The notes beneath the pieces are model-generated. The model was not told where the DNA came from and did not search any database. It saw nothing but the letters and a program-made list of their open reading frames with translations. The position numbers and the translations under genes were made by a program. A DNA stretch of 63,326 nt. Source: Lama guanicoe (Eukaryota). The number at the start of each line of letters is the position of its first letter. Position 1 is the first letter of the stretch. This document shows, one piece after another, positions 26,801 through 39,334 of the stretch. Location: positions 62,001 to 125,326 of the forward strand of contig MU053185.1 in NCBI GenBank assembly GCA_013239625.1, in the 5' to 3' direction.

Positions 26801-29458
26801 TTGAGAATTAAAAATTAATGCGAGAAATATCTACCTCATTTCTCTCAGTGTTAGTGATTATATATCTTTTTCTAAATTATATATCCTATTTTTGTACCAC
26901 GTACTTAGTTCTTTAAATAAAGAGCTTGAGTATTATAGAAAAAGTATCACTGAGCATGAAAGTCAACTACATTCTTTTCAACATAGCGAATTTCTTTGGT
27001 GGAAGCCTGACTACATAAACCAGGCACCAACATCCCTCTGGTAGCACCAACATCCACTTGACGGCCCCAATATCCACTGGAAGCACCCTCCTGGATTTCT
27101 CCATACATCACTTGATACAGTCAGGGAACTTGTTGCAAAAAATAAAAACTGACCTTAATTAACTTCATCAAAACAGAATTTATTGGAAACACATAAAGTG
27201 CTTTGAAGAATTGACAGGAAGGCTGGAGAACCAGGAATAGAAAACAGGCAAGAACAGAGGGGAGCTGGGATGTCAGAAAGTCAAGGTGATATCAAAAGAA
27301 AACATCTAGGTAAGGGGCGTCTGCCACCAACACTGGCAGTAGAATGAATTCTAAACTCCCTTAGTTCTTTTCATCTCTACCTCCAGATACAAAATCCTGA
27401 GAGCATCTTGCTATGTTTGTGCTCTTTCTCCAGCTGCCAGGGATCAGAGAGAAAAATTATTTCAGCTTTTCCTCTTCTGATACAATAGTGGATTCCTTTA
27501 ATAAAAGAGGCTTTGAAGGCTGGGTAGCTAAGGATTGACTAATTTCCATTATAGCACCTATGAAGAAAAAGCTTTGCTAGACTTACGGTCGTACCCAACC
27601 ATGTACACTTTTTCCAGTTAACGAGGACAGTCTACAGAAATAGTGCTGTAGAAATCCGTACACTCACGGGACACAGATGAATAGGAAATCAAAGGCTAGA
27701 GATTCTACCATCTTTATCTGCCTCCTCTCAGTTCTCCAACCCCACGGACAGTGTATCTGCCCCTCTGAGAAAGAATGGAAGGAGAGTGAGTTTGAGCAAT
27801 AAAACATGAAGAGTATGTACAATGAGGTGCTGGTAAACATTTAACAACTACCACCTGGTGGCCAGGATGATGTGCTCATATTGCATGGAAATCACAAACA
27901 AGCATACCTCAGAGATATTTGGGGTTCAGTTCCAGACCATCAACATAAAGTGAATATCGCAACAAAGCGAGTCACTTAAACTTTTTGATTTCTCAGTACA
28001 CATAAAAGTTATGTTTACCCTATCCTGTACCTTATGAAGTGCACAACAGCATTATGACTGAAATAACAATGTACATACCTTAATTAAAAAATACTATCAT
28101 CTGAGCCTTCAGCAAGTTGTAATCTTTTTGCCAGTGGAGGGTCTTGCCCCAGTGTTGACACCTGCCAACTGATCAGTGTCGTGGTTGCTGGAGGTTGGGG
28201 TGGCTGTGTACATTTCTTAAAATAAGGCAAGAATGAAGTCTTCTGCCACATCAACTGACTCTTCTTTTCACAAATTTAATGATTTCTCTGAGGCAGGCAA
28301 TGCTTTTATATAGCATTTTACTCACAATAGAATTTATTTCAAAATTAGTGTCAATCCTCTCAAACCTTGCTGCTGCTTTATAAACTAAGTTTATGTAAGA
28401 ATTCTTAAATCTTTGCTGTCATTTCAACTGTCTTTACAGCATCTTCACCAGGAGTAAATTCCATCTCTAGAAACCACTTTCTTTGTTCATCCACAAGAAG
28501 CAACTCCTCATCCGTTAGTCTATCACGAGATTGCAGCAATTCAGTCATATCTTCAGGCTCTACTTCTAATTCTAGTTCTCTTGCTATTTTCACCACTATC
28601 TGAAGTTCCTTCCTCCACTGAAGTCTTGAATATCTCAAAATCATACAAGATGGTTGGAATCAACTTCTTCCAGACTCCTGTTAATGTTGCTATCTTGACC
28701 TCTTACCATGAATCACAAATGTTCTCAATGGCACCTAGAATTATGAATCCTTTCCAGAAAAATTTTCAATTGACTTTGCCTAGATCCACCAGAGGAATCA
28801 CTATCTATGGGATGTATAGCCTTACAAAATGTATTTCTTAAGCAATAAGACTTAAAAGTCAAAATGAACCCTTGATTCATGGACTGCCAAATGGATATTG
28901 TGTCAGCAGCATGAAACACCTTGAATCTTGCTGTCCATCTCCATCACTGCTCTTGGGTGACCAGGTGCTTTGTCAATGAGTAGTACTATTAAAAGGAATC
29001 TTTTTCTGAGCAGTAGGTCTCAACAGTGGGCTTAAAACATTCAGTAAACCATGTATACAGATGTGTTTTCACCCAGGCTTTCTTGTTCCATTTATAGAGC
29101 ACAGGCAGAGTAGATTTAGCATAATTCTTAAGGGCTCTGGAATTCGAAATGGTAAATAGCATTGGCTTTAACTTAGTCACCAGCTGCATTAGCTCCTAAC
29201 AAGAGAGTCAGCCTGTCCTTTGAAGCTTTGAAGCCAGACACTGGCTTCTCTTTAGCTATGAAAGTCTTAGATGGCATCTTCTTCCAATATAAGGTTGTTC
29301 AATCTACATTGAAAATCTGTTGTTTACTGTAACCAATTCATGAATGATCTAAACTAGATCTTCTGAACAACTTACTGCAGCTTCTACATCAGCACTTGCT
29401 GCTTCCCCTTGCACTTTGATGTCATAAAGATGACTTCTTTCTTTAAACCTCATGAACC

Positions 29459-29521
29459 ATTTGACACAACATTGTAAAATGACTATAACTCGATTAAAAA
29501 AATGTTAAAAACAAAAACAAA
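29459..29521 (+). mobile_element. Extremely 5'-truncated L1 tail inside Tigger1
   Basis: TTTGACACAACATTGTAAAATGACTATAA plus A tail; TSD ACCTCATGAACCA. Confidence 0.85.
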
Positions 29522-29958
29522 ACACCTCATGAACCAACCTCTGCTAGTTTCAAACTTTTCTTCTGCAGCTGCCTCACCTTTCTCAGCCTTCACAGAATTG
29601 AAGAGAATTAGGGTCTTACTCTGGATTAGGCTTTGGCTGAAGGGAACACAGTGGCTGGTCTGATCTATCCAGACCACTCAAACTTTCTCCAGATCAGCAA
29701 TAAGTCTGTTTTGCTTTCTTATCATTCGTGTGTTCACTGGAGTAGCACTTTTCATTTCCTTCAAGAACTTTTCCTTTGCATTCACAGCCTGGCTAACCAG
29801 TTCAAGAGGCCTAGCTTTTGGCTTATCTCAGCTTTTGACACGCCTTCCTCATTAAGCTTAATAATTTCTAGTTTTTGATTTAAAGTGAGAGACATGTGAC
29901 TCTTCCTTTCACTTGAACACTTAGAGGCTATTATAGGGTTACTGGTTGGGCTAATTTC

Positions 29959-30585
29959 TTTTTTTTCCCATGTAATTAATTTCTGTTTATCTGGATGAAG
30001 TCATCAGGTTTCCATTAGTTTCATAATTTACCCAGTTCAGTGGTATGATCTAAAAGTTATCAGGAACATATTTGTTTAAAGGTCCCTTTTTTATGAATCT
30101 TCCTGAAGATCTTCATTTTATAAAAGCTGAGTAAAACAATGACTTTATATAAGTGACAAGACTTACAATGGCATGGTTAAAGATTTGATTATAATGTAAT
30201 TAACAAGCAACTTGGATATTTCTGACATACAACATTAAAACAATAATTAGAATTATGACTGATACAAGGACATATTAGATTTTTAGGAACTTTATACAAA
30301 TTTTGGAATAACTATATTAGTGACTTTTATCTCCACAATATAATCTAAGTTTTATCCCCAATTACTTGACAATTTTTTAAAGTAATTTAACATACCAAAT
30401 GTGTCTAGTTAGTTTAATCTCTCTCTTTGGGATGTTTCAGGGGTCCTCTGAAGTGTCCCAAAGTTAACTGGAGGTCAAAAGAATTTTAATCAAAATTTGA
30501 CATTTGGGAATCTTGTTAAAAAGTTTCAAAACACTTGGTCAGATAAAAATCATAGTTCACTGTGAAAAAATACTTATTTATTCAA
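29959..30585 (-). mobile_element. Polyadenylated retroposed insert (not L1-like; possibly ERV-internal sequence) inside Tigger1
   Basis: 16-bp TSD TGGTTGG(G/C)CTAATTTC (29943-29958, 30586-30601); T run at the left end. Confidence 0.65.
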
Positions 30586-32288
30586 TGGTTGGCCTAATTT
30601 CAATACTGTTGTGTCTCAGGGAATAGGGAGGCCCAAGAAGAGGGTGAGAGACTGGAGAACAGCCGGACGGTGGGGCAGTCAGATCACACAAACAACATTT
30701 ATCAATTAAGTTCACTGTCTTATATGTGCACAGTTAATGGCACCCTACAACAATGACAACAGTAGCACCAAAGACTATTGATCACAGATCACCACAGCAA
30801 ATACAATAATAGTGAAACTGTTTGAAATACTGCAAGAATTACCAAAATGTGACACAGAGACAAGAAGTGAGTAAATGCTATTGGAAAAATTGGCACAAAT
30901 AGACTTGTTTAGAGGCAGGGTTGCCACAAACTTTCAATTTGTCAAAAAGACAAAAAAAAAATCGCAATATCTGCAAAGCACAATGAAAGTGAAGCACAAA
31001 AAAATGAGGTTATGCCTATAAACATATTAATGCTTTCCTAATACATTGTATGAAACCAAGCAAATTGAGGAGATGCTAAAAGAAATTCTTCAGAGGAAGG
31101 GTTGATGCTGTTTTGTTCTGCAGTCTTGTGGATCTTGCCAAAGAGTGCAGTTCCCTGCAGGGAGAGGGGCAGTGGCGGGAAGGCACAGCCATTGAAAAAG
31201 TGCCTGAGGGTTGCTCTAATTCATGCATTCCTCACATTCTTGGGTATCTGAAATGTTCTCATAGAAAAGTGTGGTCATCTGATAGATGGAAGAGTTTGGT
31301 TTGATTTGAAGGAAAGGTGAATTTTACTGCTGGCAACAGGCATGTAAATGTTAACGAAGAAGGCTGGAAGGCTGACCAGAGCCTCTGTTCAGTAATCCTT
31401 GCAGAGTGGGTTTGTGAGTGTGATTTGCGGGCTTCCATCCAAGACCGTGTTTGATCATTTTGTGTATTTTGACTTTCTACTGAAGTAGAACCTATGTACA
31501 GAAAAAGGCACATACTTTTATAGCTCATTGAAATTTTCATAAAGTGAAAATATCCATGGGACCAGTACCCCAGATCAAGATTAGAAACATTACCTTCAGG
31601 CCAGCTTCATAGGTGTTGACCTGTGCAGTTGCATGGGACCCCATACTTAAAGACGGTCTCTGCATTTGGTTTAGTGCTCTCTTGAAATTCTTAATACATT
31701 TTTAACAAGGGGTTCTACATTTTCCTTTTGCATCAGGCCCTGTAAATTACGTAGCTAGTCCCAATTATCAGCATCCCAGAGCCCACCTCGTGCCCCTTAC
31801 CAGTCACTATTCCTTCCTGCAATTGTTTTCATATCCTGTTTTCTGTTTTATGTCAATGAAACAATACAGTGTACAGTCTTTCGTGACTGGCTCCATTTAT
31901 TAAGCATCATGTTTTTGAACTATTTTCACATATCATTGTATGTAGTTGTAGGTCATTTACTTTCATTGCCATATCATGTTGCATTGTATAAATGTACACC
32001 CATTTACTTATTCATTCTACTGCTGACAGGCATTGGGGTAGTTTCCAGTCTGGGAATACTTCTTATAGTGCTGCTGTCAGAACAATATGTACAAGATACA
32101 CATTTTTGTTTGCAGTTTTAAACTAGAAAAATGTAATGTTAGGTGTAGCACTTACAAATATCTTTATGTCTGGTCTTACGCTGCCATTTTGATGAAAGTA
32201 TCCACATTTAAATTAGAGAAATCAGGATTTGCTTAAAATACTAAGATACACAGTATATTTTGGACATAGTTTAGGGTTTACTGCACAC

Positions 32289-32569
32289 TTTTTTTTTCAG
32301 TAAAGATAGATTTATTTAGAGAGATACATACTACATAGAGTGTAGGCTGTTTCAGAAGGTGAGAGAAAGGCCACAAGGTGTGGGAGTTGGGTGCTCAGGT
32401 TAAAGTAAAAGTTGATAAAGACTCCATAGACGGAGTACGGGCCATCTCCGAAGATGAGGGAGTGAGAGAGGCCAGCAAGGCACAGTGTTGCCAGTTTTTA
32501 TGGGCTCGGTAGCTTCACATGCCAACAAGTGGTAAGACCATTCCAACTACCCTGGGGAAGGGGCTGGTA
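32289..32569 (-). mobile_element. Polyadenylated LTR-like retroposed fragment
   Basis: Poly-T, minus-strand AATAAA ~15 nt from the tail, TATA-like CATAAAAA at ~32495, imperfect TSD TA(C/A)TGCACA. Confidence 0.55.
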
Positions 32570-33546
32570 TAATGCACATTCTAAGAAAATATTGATAAAT
32601 GAGACCCATGCCAGACGAAAATTGCGTTTTCTCCTCTTAATTTATTTTTTGCTCTACACCTCTGATAAAAATGTGTGTGCATTTCTGTTAGATATATACC
32701 TAAGAACAGAATCTCTGGGTCGTAGGGTATGTGTATGTTCAGTGTTAGTAGATAATGCCAAGCCGTCAAAAGTACACGCCCCGCAGCAGCCTTTGAAGTT
32801 CACCTCCTAGCTGGGCCTTGTTTTAGGTCCTATACTATGATGACATCTGCTGGTGGTTAGTGAGACCCTCTCACACCAAAGCAGTTAAGTGTAGGGGATA
32901 ACAGTTCTTTTCAAGAGGTGAAGATTTTTACCTTTTCCACCCTAGATTAAGTTGAATGCATTCACTTTGATGTTTTATGTTATACATTTAGTGGGGAAAA
33001 CTCAAGTGAGGAAAGAAAAAGTACTGAAGAGGCACAGAACTTTCCATAACAGAGCAGCTATGGCATCAAGACCCACGGCAAGGGTAAGAAGAGGTTAATA
33101 TATGATGATTCTTAGATATTCTGCATTTCAAATTTTGGTCTTCCAGAATCTTCCCTGCCAACATATACTCAAGTGCTACTGATAATTCATCTGGTATACA
33201 GTATATTTAGAGGAAGCCTACTATGTACTAGGAATAAAGTACTTGTTGAGAACTCCATGTTGAGTAATATAACTGTAGTCCCTCCCCTCTGGGAGCTTAC
33301 CATCTAGCCAAAAGATAATTGTGCAAGTTCTACTTAAAAGTGGGACCACTATTAAGATAGGCCCATACGTTATTGGTTAAAGATGTAGATTCAAGCTGGA
33401 TTGCTGGGGTTTGGAGTCTGATGCCATATTTAATAGCTTAATGATGTGGAGCAAGTTTTTAAACTGCTTTGTGCCTCAATTTCTTCATACATAAATGGTG
33501 CAAATAACAGAACAGATCTCATAACAGTTGTGTGAAGATTAAATGA

Positions 33547-33718
33547 ATGTAGCTCAAGTTGTAGAGTGCATGCTTAGCATGCCTGAGGTCCTGGGTTCAA
33601 ACCCCAGTACCTCCTCTAAAAATAAATAAATAAACTTAATTAATTAGCCCCCTAAAAATTTAAAATTTAAATTTAAAAAATTTAATTTAAATTAAAAAAA
33701 TTTTTTTAAATAATAAAA
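33547..33718 (+). mobile_element. tRNA-Ala-derived SINE (Vic-1-like) inserted in a MIR
   Basis: tRNA head, AT-rich tail, TSD AAGATTAAATGA; MIR-like flanks ~33370-33790. Confidence 0.85.
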
Positions 33719-35872
33719 AAGATTAAATGAGTGTAAACACACTTACCATTAGTGACTGACACATAAATGCCATTTGAGGTTGCTGCCATTATAATTATTT
33801 TTAGGGGAGTCCAGGGTTAGGGAATTTAGAAGGGAAATAAAGGACTAAAGACTGCATTCGAATGTCTGAGTCATAGACTTTGGTTAAAAAGAGGGAGGGA
33901 GACAATTTCCTTGATCAAGTGTAATGCATGTAAAACTTATTAATTGCAAGCATGAGTGAAAAAGCAGGATTCTGGGTCCCTTCTTAGTTCTATTTCTGTC
34001 CCCAGTGATCCACTGCTGCATAACAAGCCATCCTAAAAATTAGTAGCTAAAGAAAACAATTTATTATAGTCCCTCATGGTTCTACGTGTTGATTCTGCTT
34101 AGCAGGATGTGTCTCACTTGGAGCCTCTCATGTGGTTGGAGTCAGACGCTGGCTTAGACTAGAGGCTTCAGAAGGTTTTATTGGGAGGACCATCCAAGAT
34201 GGTGCACTCACAAAGCAGGCAGTTATTGTTAACCGGAAGTGTAAGTAGGTCTGTTGACTAGAGCATCTACCAGGAGGAGAGGATCATTGGGTACCATCTC
34301 ACCAGTAATTCACATGCTGGCTACCATTACCAGTAATTCACATGTTAGAGTTGAAGTCAGAATCATGGGCTTCAGCTCAGATCCTATCAACCAGCTCATC
34401 ACTCTGGGACTTGACTTTCTCATTTATAAATTGAGGGGACTAGCCGAGATGACCATTAATACCTCATGTGACTCTATGATTCTCCATTTGTTTCTCAGTC
34501 GCTGAGTATCTTTTTATCTTGATGCCCTTTTGGTCTTAGTCCATTTAACAACATTCACCATCAGATGCTCTTTGTAAAAGCCTACAAAATTCCGTATAAA
34601 CAATTAAAAGTTGGAGCCAAATATATTCTCAATAGAAAACTTCAAGTCACCTAATTTTGGTATGCAGTCCTGTTGTCTTATCTTACTAAAATCAAAAATC
34701 GTGTCAGAGAAATGGTAGATATACTGGCAGATAACCCTTAAATTTTTATCATAATAATTAGTTTTAAACTCTAGGGTGCATGCCTATGTCATCAATTCTC
34801 AGCATTTGGAGTGAGTTCCAAGTTTAGAGTTCTGTTTATATTTTAAATTTAAACTAACAAAATTAACACTTACCAGAACCATAAGCAGGACTAGGAATAT
34901 GTTGAAGCACTGTATATGGTATAGAACATTGCATTAAGCAACTGGCTGCCAACAAGTAGCATTTTTGTGGAGAGTAAGATTTTCATGATTTGGCAATGAA
35001 TTCATGATGTGGAAGTGGGACGCCCCTGGAACTCTCACTTGTTTCTATTTATCCTGCCAGCTCAGATTCCCAACTTTCCACAGTGAGGTTTGAGTCACTT
35101 CTTTCCATGCATGAGGCCGCCTATGGATTGTATGCAACCAAAGAGATCACGTTATGCTCAGCTTCTTGCAGTTTTATGGACAGAAAACTACAGATGTTCC
35201 TTTGAAGTCTGGCTGTAACAGTCGTCAGTTTTGTTTTTTTTTTTCTCTTTATTGATGTCACAGCCCCAGAGCTGGGAACAATGAAGGGTTGGGCTCCTTT
35301 CCAGAATGCTTCTCTTAGGCCAGACAGACACCATCATCACCACCTTCCTGTTTCCACTCTTCTGCTGGGTGCACCACACTCTACACTGCCTACAAAAAGA
35401 CTTTTTTCACATCTCAGAATTTCAATGTCCTGCATTACATATATTGGGACTATTCTAGATTCTGCCATGAAAATTTTCAAGGGTTGTCACTGCCTCCTTA
35501 GAATCTTACTTTGTAAGGAAGTTATTTATAAATGTTGCTGTTACAGCGTTCAAAGAAAGCCTGTGTTACAGTAGGTTTCTTTGTTCAAACCAAATAAACT
35601 TTAGTTCAGTTTAGTAAATGGGTGAGATTTTTGCAGGACTACTCATCAGTAAACTAATTTCCCTAATACAGTACAACTTGGGATGCCTGCAAAGCTTGAG
35701 TCTAGTTTCCTACTCCTAAGCTGCCATGTGAAGCCAAGAAGTAAACTGGAAATCTTCTAGGGTATTAGATACTTTATTAAGGGAGAAACTGTCTTCCTTT
35801 GCCTTCTGAACCATTTTCATAAAGGCACTGCATATAAGGTACAACGTATCCTTTGAGTCTCCCCACCAGCAG

Positions 35873-35873
<1 letters not shown>

Positions 35874-35918
<45 letters not shown>
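35874..35918. repeat. (CA)n microsatellite
   Basis: Seen directly. Confidence 0.97.
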
Positions 35919-35922
<4 letters not shown>

Positions 35923-36361
35923 CTTAATAACACTAAAGTATAATTTCAGGCCCCTGCCACCACTTTCAAACTCATTTTAAAAATTAAGTCCTATTTCAGA
36001 CACTCAGCAGTCTTTGATGATAAGATGTTTGTTTGCATCACACGTTTTCTTTGCGTATGTACTAAAATCGGCTTACTACAAATGGATATATAATTTTATT
36101 TCCTGAGAGACCATGTGTCATGACCAATCTTTCAGGAATTGACCCTATTTGTCAACATATCACTGCTTTACTTTGAGAGAGACAGTCTAGAAAAGGCCTC
36201 ACCAAGCTCAGTCATGTGGTACACACCACCTTTAACCAAGAGAAATTACGGACAGACAGACTCCTCCAAGCCCTCCTATCTCACCTAGAAGTGCTAGCAC
36301 TTTTGCCATCTCTTTCTTTATCGACCAACACCAAAAAAGAGGGCAAAGAAGACTGAAGTGA

Positions 36362-36498
36362 ATGGGGGAGGGGTGTAGCTCAAATGGTAGAGCGCATGCT
36401 TAGCGTGCAGGAGGTTCTGGGTTCAATCCCCACTACCTCCAAAGAGAAATACATAAATAAGCCTAATTACCTCCCTCTCACAAAAAACAAAACAAAAA
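36362..36498 (+). mobile_element. tRNA-Ala-derived SINE (Vic-1-like)
   Basis: tRNA-Ala(AGC)-like head, A tail, TSD AAGACTGAAGTGA. Confidence 0.88.
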
Positions 36499-39193
36499 AA
36501 GACTGAAGTGATAAGTTAAATATACCAAGGGGTACGAGCTCTGATAAAGACTTGGCAAAAATGGAAAAAATGACCAAGATAAAAGGAATACCTGAGGTTT
36601 GTCTTCCTTTACTACCATAGACAAGTTTGTCAGCTTAAAAAAAAAATCAGTACCTTTCAGGAAAACCACCTTTCTATCTACATTTTCTCAACTGCAGAAT
36701 AGAAGATTCAAGATGGTCTGATTATTAGAGATAATATAACTTTTCACTAAGTAAAAAGTCATATATTAGGTTAGAAACTACCCTTTATCAACAACAACAG
36801 TGGAATGTTCATCAGCAGTGGAATAAATACACACATGCAGACATACATTCACACAATGGCATGTCATCTGTTAGTGATAAAGAAAAACCACAACTATACC
36901 CCATCAATTTGGATGAATCTCACTCACACAATGTTGAGCAAAAGAAGCGAGACCCGAAAGAGTACATACTGTGTGATTCCATTTACATAAGGTTCAAAGA
37001 TTGGCAAAGATAATCTCTGGTGTTAGAGTTCAGGAAAGTACTAATCCTTTGGGGGTAATGACTAAAAAGGGGTACCACGGTCTTCTGGGATGTTGGTTTG
37101 GTTTTGTTTCTTGATCTGGGTGCTAATTGCACAAGTATGTTGATTTTGTGAAAATCCATTAAGGTGACTCTCATGATTTTGCACTTTTCTCTAGATTTGT
37201 CATATTTCAATTAAAAGTTTATAATAATGTTATGATAAGCCCTAACCTTATGTGTGGGCTAATGGTAAGTGAAAATGTGGAACTGGAACAAGAGGAAAAT
37301 CTAGTAACTGTTCCAAAGCATTAATTTTATATCCAATTTCAGCAGCAGTTATCAAGACTAAGACTTTTCATTTAGAAATGAATACATACATGTTCATTTA
37401 CCTCAAAAAAAAAAAGGAAAAAACAAAAAAGAAACCCACAACAGACGGAATACTTGACCCCAAAATTTACTAACTCCAAAGACAATGTCTTCGGAGAGAA
37501 AGCTGGATGATTTATCAAACTTACACCCAAAACTGACAGAAATAACCTCATCCTGATTATTGCCCTCAGGCTATTTAGAGAAAGCTGAGCCATTTGAAAT
37601 GTTTAAGAATCCTACAGGCATATTCCATCATCCATTTGTTTTATTTTTATGATCAAGGGAATTTAAAGGCAATGCTATACACTTGAGAAGGACAATTATA
37701 AAATGAAATGTACACGTGGCAGTAAAATGCAAGGATTTTATGTCTAATATTTCATTGTGTTTGAACAAAATCATCTTCTAATTTGGTTCAAAGCCCAATT
37801 CTTAGTGAAAGAACATTATTAACAATAAATAAAACTAGTGGTTTAAATTTCAAAGTGATTTTTTAACATATTATTTCTTGTGTTTAAGTGGTTTCATTTT
37901 CAAAGAGAATAGAAGATGAAAAATGAGCACTGAAGTTGAAGGCCTGAGTTAGACTCTAAGCACTGCCACACTCTAGCTGAGTGATTCTGGGCAAGCTCAC
38001 CTCTCCTGAGTCTTTGTTTTGTCACTTGTAAGCTGAGAGCATTGGACTAGTATATTAGTTAGGACATAAGTTATCTCTCTTTCATGTAGAAGTCTGGACG
38101 TAAGCATCCCAGGATAATGTGGTAACTTCTCGGTAACAGGGTCCCAGACTCCTCCCATCTTGCTATTCCTCTTATAGGGTGTTGTCTTCACCAACATGCT
38201 TCAAGATGGCTCTGCATTCCACCCAGCAAATAAAAGAAACCTGTTACTTCCGCTCATATCCCATTGATCGGAACTTAGTTATCTGGCCCAATTAGCTGCA
38301 AGGAATATGTGAGATACAAGTCTTTGTACTGGGTGGCCATGTGCCCAGCTAAAGATTGGAACATCTATTAAGTAGAGAGAGGACATAGAAAAAAATACGG
38401 GGGGAGTGCAACTAGCAATGTTTACCACAATGAAATAACCTCTGAAGCAGGGAAAAGTACAGCTCGTGACCTCTTGCAGACTGCAGTACATTGTTCTTTA
38501 GAGCTGTAGCTCATACACTGGCCAATTTACACAAAATGGTCTCTTGGCAATGCTCATTCATGGAGTGCAAGACACTCTTTCTGGCACTAAGTCTTCATCT
38601 TTGAAAGTCATCATTTTGCTTTTCCAGTTATAAATACAAAACGTTTAAAAGCACATTTAAGGGTAGTGTGGTACTTATTTAACAAAGAGCTCTCAATTTT
38701 AGAGATAGACACTGAAATATTGATGGATAAAATAGATGATATCTTATAGCTTCTTCAAAATAATAAGGGGGGAAATATTGCCATGAGTTGTTAATTACTG
38801 AAGGTGGGAGATGGGCACATGGTTATTGTACTATTCTGTCCACTTTTGTACACATTTGAAATTGGCCATAATCAAGGGATAATTCATACTTTCCAAAGCA
38901 CATATAGGTAGAACAAAACATTATTTCACATAAGTATAGTTTTGTCACAAAGTGTTGCAAAAACAATAACTTTGTTTATATTTATTGTGAAGTTTATTAT
39001 ACAACACTGTTTTAAGGTCAATAAGTCTTGTTTATAATAATAACTAACATAACTTGACAATGAAATCTAGTTAGTTCTCCTTCACATTCTTACATCTCAT
39101 AAGAAATGAGTTCCTGGTATTTATACTATTTTTATAATATATTCCAGAACTTTCCCTGGTAACTTCTTTCAATATTTATATACTAATATTGTT

Positions 39194-39334
39194 TTGTTTT
39201 GTTTTTGGTTCTTTTGGGGGGGGCAAGACAATTACGTTTATTTATTTATGTACTAATGGAGGTACTGGGGATTGAACTCAGGACCTCGTGTATGCTAAGC
39301 AGTCTCTCTACCATTGAGCTATACCTTCCCTGCT
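39194..39334 (-). mobile_element. tRNA-Ala-derived SINE (Vic-1-like)
   Basis: Minus-strand tRNA head, (TTTTG)n tail, TSD ATAC(T/C)AATATTGTT. Confidence 0.85.

Larger units (their letters stand above)
27899..31018 (-). mobile_element. Full-length degenerate Tigger1 (TcMar) DNA transposon with two nested insertions
   Basis: Inverted termini CAAGCATACCTC / GAGGTTATGCCTA followed by TA; minus-strand transposase remnants ([54 protein letters not shown]). Confidence 0.9.

Noticed and set aside
27025..27090. Short ~19-bp tandem repeats (also 25401-25440 and 34290-34345)
   Set aside because: Two or three degenerate adjacent units without spacers; ordinary slippage duplications, not CRISPR-like
33655..33720. 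AT-only quasi-palindromic stretch
   Set aside because: Degenerated SINE tail
36364..36441. tRNA-Ala(AGC)-like sequences here and at ~18890, ~23010, ~33547, ~39260
   Set aside because: Each has a SINE tail and TSD and imperfect stems; SINE heads, not tRNA genes
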